64,000 bases of DNA from Squalus acanthias (GCA_030390025.1 CM059428.1:108314001-108378000), one strand, 5' to 3'; positions 1-13,239 are shown, numbered from the stretch's first letter. Translations and numbers: made by a program. The notes: generated by a model not told the origin, from the letters alone.

Positions 1-229
1 CATAACCTCTGCTATTGCAGGGATTAAGAGATGACCTGTTCCTAGAATATCATTTATGCTTTGGCTGGTAATCAGGAGGTGCACAATCAGTCCAGTCAGG
101 ACATCCCACTTAATTCTGCTCCCAACCCATGATTGCATTTTTTAAAACCCTTCCTCGAGTATTCCCACGTATGGCCTACTCCTGTTCCTATTTCTTATTT
201 ACCATCTGCCAATGAAGAGGCACTGAACA

Positions 230-840
230 TTCAACAACAACTTGCATTTAACATAGCAAAACGTCCCAACGTGTTGCACAGGAGCGAGACAAAACGTGAC
301 ACTGAGCCACACAAGCAGATATTAGGGTAGGCGACCAAAAGTTTGGTCAAAGAGGTATGTTTTAAGAAACGTCTGAAAGTAGGAGAAAGAGGTAGAGAGG
401 CAAAGTGGTTTAGGGAGGGAATTCCAGAGCTTAGTGCCTAGACGGTTGTAGGCATGGCTGACAATGGGGGGATGGGGGGGGGGGGAAGGAATGAGGGATG
501 CACAAAAGGCCGGAATTGGAGGAAAGAAGAGTTCTCGAAGGGTTGTAGGAGGTTACAGAGATTTGGGAGGGGCAAAGCCATGAAGGGATTGGAACACAAG
601 GATGAGAATTTTAAAGTAGAGGCACTGACGAACTGGGAGCCAAGGTAGGTCAGCGAGAACAGGGGTGATGGGTGAATGGGACTTGGAGAGAGTCAGGATA
701 CGGCCACCAGAGTTTTGGATGAGCTCAAGTTTACGGAGGGTGGAAGATAGATGGCCGGCCAGGAGAGCATTGGAATAGTTGAGTCTGGAGGTAACAAAAG
801 CCTAAATGAGGGTTGCAGCAGCAGATGGGTTGAGGCAAGC
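230..840 (-). mobile_element. L2-type LINE 3' fragment (degenerate)
   Basis: Tail aacaacaacttgcattt and body shared with the copies at about 15.7 and 17.8 kb. Confidence 0.6.
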
Positions 841-2499
841 TCCCTCATGCACTGCCTACCATACCACTCATTTTTAAATAAAAAGCTTTCAGATTTGCAT
901 TAGCCAGTTGTTTCAAGTATAGATAGGGTTTTAATTCATTTTCTCATCGGAAAGCGCATCAGCAAATTCAGACTTGGGAGAAATTTGGTGAATGCAGTAT
1001 TTGAAGAAAAGCATTTGTTCTCTTCTGAAAGCTTGGGCATCAACAGATTTACAATGGAGAATGCATTGCTGCCTTACAACATTTCAAACTGAGTCTCCAG
1101 TCATCAGGTGTCTGTTTGTATGGGGCTGGACACGTACACACCGTCAGGAATTTTGTATTTGTTGACTTACTAGTACATTATTTCTACTGTTGCATAGTAA
1201 TAAATATTTTCTGCAATGATTGAGGGTTTTCATTTGGGTATCTGACAGTCTTTTGAAAATTAGGACAATGGGTTCCTGAAAGTATAAGAACATAAGAAAT
1301 AGGAGCAGGAGTAGGCCAGACAGCCCCTCGAGCCTGCTCCGCCATTCAATAAGATCAAGGCTGATCATCGACCTCAACTCCACATCCCTTGATTCCACTA
1401 GAGTCCAAAAATCTATCTATCTCAGCCTTGAACATACTCAAAGACTCAGTATCCACAGCCCTCTGGGGGCAGAGAATTCCAAAGATTCACAAACCTCTGA
1501 GTGAAGAAATTCCTCCTCATCTCGGCCTTAAATGGCCTACCCCTTATTCTGAGACTATGCCCCCCAGTTCAAGACACTCCAGCCAGGGGAAACAACCTCT
1601 CAGCATCTACCCTGTCAATCCCCTTCAGTATCTTGTGTTTCAATGAGATCATCTCTCATTCTTCCAAACTCCAGGGAGTACAGGCCCATTCTACACAATC
1701 TCTCATCATAGGACAACCCTCTCATCCCAAGAATCAATCTAGTGAACCTTCGTTGCACTGCCTCCAAGGCAAGTATATCCTTCCTTAGATAAGGAGACCA
1801 AAACTGTGCACAGTCCTCCAGGTATGGTCTCACCAAGGCCCTGTACAATTGTAGCAAGACTTCCTTACTCTTATACTCCAACCCCCTTGCAATAAAGGCC
1901 AACATGCCATTTGCCTTCCTTATTGCTTGCTGTACCTGCATGCTAGCTTTCTGTATTTCTTGCACGAGGACACCCAAATCTCTCTGAACACCAACATTTG
2001 AAAGTTTCTCACCATTTAAAAAAGTGTTTTTCTATTCTTCCTATCAAAGCGAATAACCTCACATTTCCCTACATTATACTCCATCTGCCACCTTACTGCC
2101 CACTCACTTAGTCTATCTATATCCCCTTGCAGACTCTTCGTTCTCCTCACAGCTTACTGTCCCACCTAGCTTTGTATCATCAGCAAACTTGGATACATTA
2201 CACTCGGTCTAGGTCATTAATATAGATTGTAAATAGCTGAGGCCCCAACACAGATCCTTGCGGCACTCCACTAGTTACAGCCTGCCAACCTGAAAAAGAC
2301 CAGTTTATCCCTACTCTCTATTTTCTGTCCGTTAACCAATCCTCTTTCCATACTACTATATTAACCCCAACACCATGAGTCCTTATCTTGTGATAATAAC
2401 CTTTTATGTCATGATGCGGAGATGCCGGTGTTGGACTGGGGTGGACAAAAGTGAGAAGTCGCACAACACCAGGTTATAGTCCAACAGTTTTATTTGAAA

Positions 2500-2537
2500 T
2501 CACAAGCTTTCGGAGCTGCTGCCCCTTCGTCAGGTGA
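2500..2537 (-). ncRNA. Minimal type I hammerhead ribozyme motif (mirror copy)
   Basis: Exact reverse complement of 2817-2854; sense to the TMEM245 pre-mRNA. Confidence 0.8.
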
Positions 2538-2816
2538 AGTAAAGGAATACGAATCGACAAAGCATATATAGACAGAGAACAATGCATGTGTAGCGTACAA
2601 TGTCAGACGACTACATTTAATCCTCCTGACTGCCTTTCGTCACACCTCGGCAGAGAAACAATCAATCAGGTCAGCCTTCCTGGCTGACCTGATTGTTTCT
2701 CTGCCGAGGTGTGATGAAAGGCAGTCAGGAGGATTAAATGTAGTCGTCTGACATTGTAGGCTACACATGCATTGTTCTCTATCTATATATGCTTTGTCGA
2801 TTCGTATTCCTTTACT

Positions 2817-2854
2817 TCACCTGACGAAGGGGCAGCAGCTCCGAAAGCTTGTGA
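2817..2854 (+). ncRNA. Minimal type I hammerhead ribozyme motif
   Basis: UCAC-CUGACGA-A-GGGGC(AGCA)GCUCC-GAAA-GCUU^GUGA: conserved core, stem II, helix I UCAC/GUGA, palindromic AAGCUU helix III. Confidence 0.8.
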
Positions 2855-3006
2855 TTTCAAATAAAACTGTTGGACTATAACCTGGTGTTGTGAGACTTCT
2901 AACCTTTTATGTGGCACCTTATCGAATGCCTTTTGGAAATCCAAATATACTACATCCACTGGTTTCCCTTTATCTACCCTGCTCGTTACATCCTCAAAAA
3001 ACTCTT

Positions 3007-3239
3007 ATGATAGCAAAATACTGCGGATGCTGGAAATCCGAAATAACAACAGAAAACGCTGGAAAAACTCAGCAGGCCAGGCAACATCCGTGGAGAGAGA
3101 AACAGAGTTAACGTTTCAGGTCGAAACCCTTCGTCAGAACCGTTCCGACGAAGGGTTTCGACCTGAAACGTTAACTCTGTTTCTCTCTCCACGGATGTTG
3201 CCTGGCCTGCTGAGTTTTTCCAGCGTTTTCTGTTGTTAT
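3007..3239 (-). mobile_element. Penelope-derived fold-back element, family B
   Basis: Palindrome 3043-3239 centred on 3141; 14-bp TSD ctcaaaaaactctt (2993-3006, 3240-3253); arms resemble the Penelope 3' end at 63170-63918. Confidence 0.85.
3107..3140 (-). ncRNA. Minimal type I hammerhead ribozyme motif
   Basis: GUU-CUGACGA-A-GGGU(UUCG)ACCU-GAAA-CGUU^AAC; the plus-strand mirror has a broken CCGACGA core. Confidence 0.75.
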
Positions 3240-3966
3240 CTCAAAAAACTCTTGTTAGTTGTCAATACATGAGTGTGGGTCCCTCATAGAAAATTTTGAA
3301 AATATCTTGAGAATCTGGACTCAACATTTGTGATGATGTTTATGCAGTCACATTTTATTCCTAATTTTAATCCTCCAGTGATCTGCTCCGACTTTTAGGT
3401 CAGACAGTGTGTAATCTGCACATAACAGCTGAACTAACAAAGGATGCATAATTGTTACAGGGTTTAAAAGGTGATAAAGTATTAATTACACCCACAAAGC
3501 AGGCTATCCAACTGCTGCCCAGGTTCACACTTCATAAAATCCTCCATGTGACATCAAACCAAGTCACTTTAGTAAGCGGCCTCAAAATTTATGACCATAC
3601 TAACTGGCTAACTGAACATTACAAAACAAGTAGAACAATAGGAGCATGGAGAAAACAAAACAATGTCTTCTTACAATTAAACATTTCTACTCCAAACAGA
3701 TTCTCATTTGATTATAGAGTGTTCAACCAGTCAAAAATAGTTAGGTACTACAGGAAGTTTCACATAATAGATTATAATAACTTGCATTTTCAATGACAAG
3801 AAGATAGGAATCAGAATGCGAATAAAAATTCTGGATGCAAGCTGGCCAACTAAATATTTAAATGTCTAGACATATATTGGTGAAGGTACTGGATTTCCAG
3901 CACTACAGATAAACTGGTCAGTGTGAAGTTTAAAAAACTTATCTTAAGGCAAGATGGAAAAGCTTA

Positions 3967-4203
<237 letters not shown>

Positions 4204-5297
4204 TCATGAATGGTAAATCTGTCTCAAATGATATGTATTTAAATACATGTCTTATAAAAACACGCAGAAACTTGTGCTATAGACGCTAATTATTTACATA
4301 CACAAGAACACCTATTATCATAAATCTTTCAATCAAAACCCATTATAATCAGCTTTTTCCTCCTAGCTGTCAGAAGTACACCATAATCAGAGAAAGAGCA
4401 GATCTTTGATTACCCCTAATGAGAGCTGCTTTGTTGGTCCTTTGGCATTTGTTGCAATTAAGTTTGATTGTAATCATAATCTTGAGGAAATATGATCAGT
4501 GAAAACAAAATCAAAAACTCTGAAGTGAATATTTCAGTACATTTCCCTCTAGATGGTGAACAAATGTAATTCAAATCACATTTGATTTTAATACTGAAAG
4601 GAATTAAAATTTGTTTTTGCATTCAATTTCACCTTCTATACTCCCAGAAAAGATGTAATGAAGGTTAGATATAGCTCACAACTCTCTAAAGACCACCCCA
4701 ACAACCTGCCTCAATTTGTCTTTTTCTCACAAACAACCAACTATAAAGCTTCAGGTTGGTCACAAGAAAAGTTTAGTGTCATAATATCCAGAATCATAAT
4801 ATCCAGAAGTACAATTATAGTATCAGTGCATATTAGTTTTGACAAAGGCTCCACATCTGAAACAACTCCTCCTCTGTTTTCTCCAACTGACCTGTTTATG
4901 GAGTGTATCAAGCATTGTTATTGTTTTTTGTTAGTACAGTCCTCACCGTTTGTAGCGGGCACGTTGGTGTCAACGCAATTTGCCCGCTATGCATGGTGGC
5001 TGATGTAACCAGGAAATTAACAATCCATTCTTTGATAAAGCCACTGATGATAAATAGTGCACAGATGAAATCTGTCCCCCAGAGGGAATCTTCATCCTCT
5101 GTCTTTCACTGCTCTTGCACCAGTTAAAATGGGTTTGTGCCCAACAGTTGCAGTCTCTAAATAGGATTGAGTTTAGCTATTAGACGAACCAGAGTGGTTC
5201 CGGCAGATTCTATATTCAATATGAAGCAGCTGATGTTACACCCTTTTAATGGATTATCAAACAGTCACTTATAGCAAGTTAGCACTTTAGATGCAAG

Positions 5298-7657
5298 TTG
5301 AATCGAATGACTGTTCAGTCCAGCCATTCCTTGCAGGAGCTGTCTGCTGCCTTAAACAGGATGACACATACTGTATCCATGGCCTTACAACGCGTCACTG
5401 AGCTCCACCAAGTTGGTCTGCAGCAGAGTGGTAGGAGTATTGTGGCGCTGGCCCAGGAGGGGATGATAGCAAAGGGGGCATGGAAGTGGGAACTCCATTC
5501 AAAGCGCTCCCACTTCTCACCCATTGTGCCTCCGCTCCCCCGTCCAACTCCCAACCAGTACCCGTCATGGTGCCGTCTCCCGATGACCGAGTCTGTTCCT
5601 GCAGAGATGCAGCAGGAGCAGTCTTTGGCGGGGCACAAAGGGGCTCCAAGACCCAGAGGGTATAGGCCAAAAGCAGCTCAGCAGTCAGGGCAGAGATCTG
5701 AGCGGCCTGCCTCTACCTCTGCTGAAGCCACACAAGATGCACCACGTAGAAGCTGTAGGAAGCGTAAGTTCAAGAATTTGTAATTCACCAAGGGTATACA
5801 CATGGGTGTTTGACAAAATGTAATGTTAAGTTTCATTTTTTCTGCCACATAAAACTTATTGATTAGCACCATTTCCACGTCTTGCCCAGTAGTGCGCCAA
5901 CTCACCCTTTCACTTGTTTCATGATGAATGTCACTTTATGATAGGACCCATTTGGGACGTCCGGTGGTCGTGAAAGGTGCTATATAAATGCAAGTCTTTC
6001 TTGCGTGGATTAGTGGTTGAACGACTGTAGTGCAAAGGGGTGGGGGGGTCCTGGTGGTGGTATTTCATTTGTTATGTTTCACACTGGGTGAGCCTTCAGG
6101 GTATCCCTGGCAGCAATGTAAGCGGCTGGTCTGGCGCTGGGTGCCCTAACTTCATCCTCCTCCTCTTATATTCTCCCCATCTGAAGATAAGTAATGAGCC
6201 AATTCATTCTCCTTCACCTGCAATCCTCGCTGCTGCGCAATGTTGCGCAGGACGCAGTACACCACTATTATTCTGGACACCCTCGCTGGCGAGTACTGAA
6301 GGGCGCCTCCAGACCAATCTCAGCACCTGAAGAGCATCTTCAACATTCCAATGGCTTGTTTGATGACACACTTGGTAGTCATGTGGCTCTCCTTACAGCG
6401 CTCCTGCGCCTCATTGGTGGGGTTCCTCACAGGTGTCATGAGCCAAGTTTGAAAGGGGTATCCCTTGTTTTCTAAGAGCCAGCCCTTAAGTCTGCTTCCT
6501 GGAACGAAAAGGTCTGGAATGTCGGACTGCCGCAGGATGAATGCAGCATAACAGCTCCCAGGGAATCCGGTGCAGACCTGCATGAAGCTCTTCTTGTGGT
6601 TGCACAGTGGCCGCGCATTGATAGACCACTATCCCTTGGGGTTTATAAAAACACCTGGATGCTGTGGTGGTGCTTGGTTTGGCATGTGTGTGCAGTCGAT
6701 GGCACCCTGTACCTGTGGGAATCCAGCCAGAGAGGTGAATCAGAGTGCCCGCTCATTCTGGCTATTGTCATCACAGGGGAAGTTTACATAACTCCCAGCC
6801 CTGGCAAACAATCCATCCATCACCTGCCTTATGCATTTATGTGCAGCGGACTGCGAGACCAGAGGCCACTGGTAATGCATGTCCACCAGGTCGCAGGTCG
6901 TCTTCTAGGAGGCTGCAGAGCATAGAATCATAGAAATTTACAGCACAGAAGGAGGCCATTCAGATGTTTGCCACCACCTGACAGGACAACCTCTTCTGAG
7001 AGGTCAAGGAAATTGAGCCTCTTTCTGTAAACTCTGATGTGGGTAGTGCCTCCTGCGACCTCGGCCCCTCTCCTGTGCACGTGCTGATCCCACCACAGCA
7101 CGTCGTCACTGCCGTGGTTAGTGATGATCTGCCTCTTCTGATGTGTTGTCAAACACATTCAATGCGCCTCCCATCCTGATCTGGTCAGTTTGAAAGCCTC
7201 CAAAGTTTAGAAAAAGCTGTATTCACACAAGAACTCTCTGCCAAATGTTTGCCAGAGGGAACTGAGACACCAGCTGTAATAAGTGAGCTTGCATTCAGGT
7301 GGAGCAATCATAAATTAAAATACCCACCTGAAGAGCGGCTGAATCTCGCCTCCGTTTCACTGGTCAGTTTCCCGACCTCCAGGAAACCTGTTAAATTTAA
7401 ACCTAATTTAAATTCAATATAAAAATACCTCATAACGTCGCCTAAGGATGTTAATGGCAGCAATAAGTATCCACCTACCTGCATTAATTAAAGCCCCGAC
7501 TTTAGGGAGTAGGTTTTTCGCAGGCATCCAAATGCGCCTCCGTTAAACCCGGAAGTGGATGCGTTGGAGCCGAGTTGTGACCACGATTGAAAACTCAATT
7601 ATTTTAACTTCCCACCCGTCTACAACTTACCAGTTCTTGGGTGTTACAATTCCCCCC
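5298..7657. mobile_element. PIF/Harbinger DNA transposon fossil (transposase on minus strand, convergent second-ORF remnant on plus)
   Basis: Transposase motifs (next entry); plus-strand ORF 5298-5783 ends in a basic RRSCRKRKFKNL; putative terminus ...ttacaattcccccc at 7657; left end not found. Confidence 0.8.
6100..7158 (-). pseudogene. HARBI1-like DDE transposase pseudogene
   Basis: VYRKRLNFLDLSEE, FPQVQGAIDCTH, GFPGSC..AFILRQS, GWLL.NKGYPFQTWLMTPVRNP, IGMLK..FRC; frameshifts and a CR1-tail insertion at about 6920-6962. Confidence 0.85.
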
Positions 7658-7734
7658 ATATTTTAATTCAATGTAGTACTTTAGGAATTTTGTAAATTGG
7701 TCAAATAAAATTTAAATACAGTATATATAAATAA

Positions 7735-8045
7735 AAACAGGCCATTCAACCCAACTGGTCTGTGCCAGTGTTTATGCTCCACACCAGCCTCCTCCCACTC
7801 CATTTCATCTAAACCTATTTGCATATCCTTCTATTCCTTTCACCCCTCATGTGCTTATCTAGCTTCCACGTCAATGCATCTGTGCTATTTGCTTTAACTA
7901 CTCCATGTGGTAGCGAGTTGCACATTCCCACCACTCTGAGTAAAGAGGTTTCTCCTGAATTCCCTATTGGATTTATTGGGGACTATCTTATATTGATGAT
8001 CCCTAGTTGTGGTCTCCCCCACAAGTGGAAACATCTTTTCTACGT
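7735..8045 (-). mobile_element. Old CR1 3' fragment
   Basis: EKMFPLVGETTTRDHQYKI...FRRNLFTQ remnant. Confidence 0.7.
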
Positions 8046-9139
8046 TACATCCTGTTTGTAAGATATTAAGAGAATCAGACACAGGTCCCTATCTGATATC
8101 ACATTTAAATGAGTGGGCCTGATGATGTAACCTGAACACAAAAGTGATATTTACTAATTAAATGTAACTGTCGACTGTTACACACTCAATGCGCACAGAG
8201 TATTCAGTAAGAAAATGCTACTATTATTAACCTGAGCACAGCAGCAGTAAAATTCTGTGGGTACCGAAACTATAATCTGAAAATAATATTTCTAAACACT
8301 TACATAGGCTCTAAAGTCATTGTATTGGATAGTCATATGACAGCTTAATAGCACCAAGTTAAATGCACTACCAAAAGCAGTTTCAATTAGTGGCTGAGGT
8401 TCAAACTATGCCAACATTCAAGATTAGATTAGATAAGATCGGAGGATGAAAAAAAAGGGGACTGAAGGGATATGGGAACAGAGCAGGCAAATGTGATTAG
8501 CACTAGTTTGTGTGGAGGGTAAACGTTGATAAGAGACTGGTTAGGCCGAATGGCCTGTTTTTGTGTGTTGTAACTTTTGTGTCTCCACCCCTGGTAACAA
8601 TATAGACCCTGCCTCAGAAGGCTCTGGCTGCCAAAAAAATAAAATCACACTTTTGGCTTATGCTGGCACCTGCAACTTGAACACACTAGCGTCCCAACCA
8701 CAAGTTGCAGTGGCCATTTATGTTTGCTGACAGTGGCCTTTTAATCCCCGAGACAGGGAATGAAAATACCTTGTAATACATGTTTTCTGCCTCAATTATA
8801 TTACAGCATTTCCTCTGGGAGAGAGTACTGCAATATCAAGATTGGGTTATAAAGACTGCACATGCATAGATTTTTGTCTATTGCTTTGGTGTCAGGAAAT
8901 CTGCTCTCCAATGCAAACAGGACAGATTCTTTGTTATCAGCAACCCCAGGACCATTTTTTTCAAGCAGTTCTGCAATATAAATGCATCATCCACAATGTA
9001 ATGCAATTGCTTGCCCTATTCTGCCTCATGTGCTTCTATATTTGCAGAAAATCTGCTACCAATTATTCTTCAAATGTTCTTTGATACCATTAATGGTAGC
9101 ACTGTGACATTCCTCTCCCCTTCATATAACAATAGATGT

Positions 9140-10570
9140 CTATAGCAAAGAAAGAGGTCATTTGTCCCATTCTGCCAGTGCTAGCTCTTTGACAGAGCGT
9201 TCCAAAACGAATCCCAATGCCATGCTCTCCGTCCACATCACTATCTTCCTCTGTTTCAAATATTTATCTACTTTTCTCTGAAAAGCAGCAATGGTCTATG
9301 CCTCAACTACTTCATGTCACAAAGAATTCCATGCTCCAACATCACTGTGTAAAGAAATTTCTCCTAACCTGTTCCTCGCTGACAATTATAAACTTTTGAA
9401 ATAGTATTTCATTTTTCACTATCAAAACCCTTCAAATTTTTTTAAATCCTCTTCAATCTCCTCTTAGCCCTCTGTGCTCCAGTAGAAATAGTCCCTGTTT
9501 TTTAAGTTTCTCCTCTCATTCCTGGTATCATCCTGATGAATCTATGCTGTACACCATCTACTGTTTTAATGTCTTTTCTAGAATAGGATGTCCAAGACTG
9601 GACACAGTACTCTAACCGTGGCCTAAACTTTACCTTGTATAAACTTATCACTTTACTTTTGTACTCTATATCCCTATTTATAAAACCCAAAATACTACTA
9701 ACCTATTTTATGGTTTTGACCTGCACTCTCACTTTCAAGGAATTGTGTATTTGAACCTCTAAGTGTCCTTCTTCCTCTCTACCCTTCAGCAATTTTCCAC
9801 TCAGTTTATAGTTCCACTCTTTGGTTTTCCTCCCAAACTGCACTACCTCACACTTGTTCACATTAAATTACATATGCCATCTGTCTGCCCATTCTGTTAG
9901 CCTATCTACACTTTCCTGAAATCTTTTACAGTTATCCTTGCTACTTACCAAATCGTCTACTTTTTGTGCCATCAACAAATTTCAATATTATGCTCCCAAC
10001 AAGTCCTTAACACTGCCCTGGGATAGACCACTTCCAACTCTTCTTTAATCCAAGCAATAAACATTAACCCTAACCCATTGTTTCCAGTCCTTCAACCAAC
10101 TCTCTATCCATGCTGCTACATTTCCTCTTATACCGTGTACACATTTTTTTTAAAAATAACAAACCTCCTGTGAAACACCTTACTGAACACCTTCTGAAAT
10201 TCTATAGACATCACATTTACTGCATTCTCGTTATCTATCCTTGTCCACTTTAAAAAATTCAAATTTATCAAACATGATTTACCCTTAATAAATTCACACT
10301 GCTGTCTTTGATTACTTCAAGCATCTCTAAACGCTTAGTACTTTAATCTCAAATTACAGATTCTAAAAGATTGCCCATAACGTAGATTAACTGGTTTAGT
10401 TACCCAGTTTATCCTCCTTTCCCTGCTTGAACAAAGGTGTTACATTGGCTACCTTCACTCCCCATGGCAGATTTGTATATCCAAGAATTTAAAAAAATGA
10501 TAGTCCAAGTCTCTGCTGTCTCCTGTCCGACTTCCTTCAATACCCTAAGATGTGTGCCATCAAGACCTCC
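9140..10570 (-). mobile_element. Old CR1 ORF2 fragment
   Basis: GFINRDIEYKSK...RPRLEYCVQSW...QHRFIRMIPGMRG; GLDGTHLRVLKEV. Confidence 0.75.
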
Positions 10571-13130
10571 ATCAATTAAAATGCTGTTAAGCCTTCTCCT
10601 CATCATAACAAAGCAAGGATTTCTCAAACAAAATTGAAACCTCACACCCGTCTGTCAGTGATGAAAATGCATGGTTAGACATGCAGCTCTTCAAACAAGA
10701 AAATTAGCTTTTTGATTAGTAGTCCACAGTACATTCATTCTTACATATAACAAGTTTTTCATTTCTCCTACCCCCAAAATCAAATTATTTCAGTAAACAT
10801 CTACAATATACTGCCGACATCATTACGAACGAAAAGGCTTGCCTCAGTGAATTTCTGACATCAGGTAGCCTGGAATTGGGTACTGTATCAAATTACGTAA
10901 CTATCGCCAAATGGTTCAAATTGAATTTTGATCTTTGTGTATTTTACAGCTATATACACTAGCTCCCATCATAGGTAGTTTTATGCTCAATGAAAGGTAC
11001 TACTTAAGCAGAGACCAATGGGCTATGGGTGCCATTTCTCCTTTTTTTATTTAGCATTGTGCAACTGATCCCTATTGGGCTTGTTGGATGGCCATTAGGA
11101 AGGAGGTATAAGTTTTCCACTCCCTCCAAAGGGAGTTTTCGGAACCCAAAGAGAGAGTCTGGTCCTGGGCACAAGATTTCTATTGATAACGTGCTACTAG
11201 TGGGAGTAGGAGCATAAGAACAGGAGTAGACCATTCAACCCCTTGAGCCTGTTCCGGCATTTAATTAAATCACGGCTGATCTGTAGCTCAACTCTATTTG
11301 CCTGCCTTTGCTCCATATCCCTACCTTGTACCTTCCATATTATGAAGGTATTAACACAATATAACATTGCTAAATTACACATTATTCATGTAAGAATCTG
11401 CTCCACAGTATACCCATCACTAGAGCATTTTTTTTGTAACTGCTACCAACAATTGCTTTATGGAAAGCATCCACGGTGTTAAAGGAGGATTTTCTGGATA
11501 CATTTAAAAACTCAAATATAAAATTGTTCCCTGCTCAATATGGATCTGTGGCTGCAATTTCTATCATACTGCTTCCTAACTTAATTTCCCTGACAGAAGG
11601 CAGCACAGTGACAAACACAAATCAACTATTGCATCAGTTGCCACACCTGCCCCAAGATAAATTCAACAAATTATGGGATGGGGAAATTGGGAGAAGCCGA
11701 TATAGAAACAAAAAAAGTACCTCTCCAGTTAGTAAAGCAAATAATAGCTGACTATTTTATTTTCTGTTCACTTCAATTCAATCTTTTAAAATACAACTAT
11801 ATTTACTCAGCTGTTTTAGCTCTGGTGGGAGGGGGAAAATAAAAGAAAAAAAAAAAGAGGATTCCTGTCCATCTGAAAACATTTTACCGTTGATAACATG
11901 GTCACTAGTTGTCTAGGAACCTTAAGCTAAATTTAATCCTCATATTGAAGGATCCTCTTCAATTTTCAAGATTAGTTCCAAGTCACCTTTGTTCATTGAG
12001 ACTTTTTTTTAAAAATAGAAAATTTGAAACAGTCATGCTATGTACGACAAATTTCCTTCTATCCCACATCCAGATCAGGTACATCATATAACAGTGAGGC
12101 AATGCGTGTTATAACGTACATAAACAATTGTACCAGCAAGGTGCCCTGAATGCACGATAAAATAAGGTACCACCTTGCATGGCTGCAATGGAATATATAT
12201 AAATTTATAATATATTTTTCACAAGCAACTGTAATCAACAGTTTTAATGGCTCCTCAAATAGCACAAGTTTCTTCATGTCCATTCAGTCCCAGTATCACG
12301 TGAACAAACCAAACCAACACCATTTTAGGCTGCTAGAATGCAAGGAACAAATGTGAACTAACAGTCCAAAAAGGTGGAGAATTCATGCACTTCAGCAATG
12401 CAAGCAGAAAATAAAATCAAAATTGCCATAAGCTGTAGAAGATCAAAATGATCAAACCCATTTGCCTAGCTAGACAACTGTTATTTCCTTTCAACTAAGT
12501 CACTAACTCAGGATTAGGTTCAAATGTGTAGGCAGCTGATAAACTAGAACAGTATTTCAGCTACACAACAGTGAGATTTGATGAATTTATAGCAAGTCTG
12601 AAGCTAACAGTTAGTGGGTTGCAATTAGTTCTGTTAATATATGCCTTTCTTGGAAGCAATAGGCCCTTTAATCGAATAGAAAGTGATTTAAGTAAAAAAA
12701 AAATTCTCTTAAAAGTGCTGTAGAATACATCTGTTAAACATTTCCAACAAATACCTAACATAGAATATTGGAGGCTTGACAGAAGCACAAGCAGAATATT
12801 TTAAATGATTAATTACAAGAATAGGATAGATACATGAACACAAGTGTACCAGCCAACAAAGTCTTGAAATAATTCAGGGCATTAATATTCTGCCTTAAAA
12901 TTAATGTTACCAGCCTCAATTTTTTTAATGGAAATACATACATTTAAATCGGACCTCCCACAGCTTAAATCAAGACAATTTTTTGAAATATATTCAGAAA
13001 TCTTGCTGCAAAGAATGAAAAATTATTTGAGTCCAAGAAATTTTGAAAACTACACAATCCATGCTTAAATTAATGAGCGCAGAAATTGAAGCAGCAAGTG
13101 TTGGATCTGAAACAGCAACCTGCTAGTTAC

Positions 13131-13154
13131 CTGCTTATTAAGCCAATGCCACAG
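13131..13154 (-). CDS. TMEM245: TMEM245 24-nt micro-exon (about exon 7)
   Basis: cttccaaaag|CTGTGGCATTGGCTTAATAAGCAG|gtaact = LWHWLNKQ (human LWHWLNKK); phase 0-0. Confidence 0.9.
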
Positions 13155-13239
13155 CTTTTGGAAGAAGACAACAATAAATTGGAGTTACTGAAGAAAAAAA
13201 TTCACATTATGAAAAGTAATAAAGGCAGTTTAGGTCAAA

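Larger units (their letters stand above)
2410..2899 (-). mobile_element. Penelope-derived fold-back element, family A (inverted pLTR arms of about 220 bp)
   Basis: Arms 2454-about 2676 and about 2682-2900 are near-perfect inverted copies; 13-bp TSD taaccttttatgt (2397-2409, 2900-2912); the paralogous CR1 at about 53360 shows the empty site. Confidence 0.85.
1284..3253 (-). mobile_element. CR1 LINE, 5'-truncated, hit by two Penelope-derived fold-back insertions
   Basis: TTCTTATG-type tail at 1284; RT C-terminal peptide LLQLYRALVRPYLE..QFWSPYLRKDILALEAVQRRFTRLI; very similar to the copy at 52.3-53.5 kb. Confidence 0.9.

Noticed and set aside
880-1283. Cys-rich reading on the minus strand resembling a zinc-finger or transposase relic
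   Set aside because: Multiple stops and no recognisable motif; cannot be supported without a profile search.
2410-3239. Palindromes as assembly fold-back artefacts or CRISPR-like arrays
   Set aside because: Each has its own 12-14 bp TSD and a family-specific unpaired tail, and there is no repeat-spacer periodicity; they look like real insertions.
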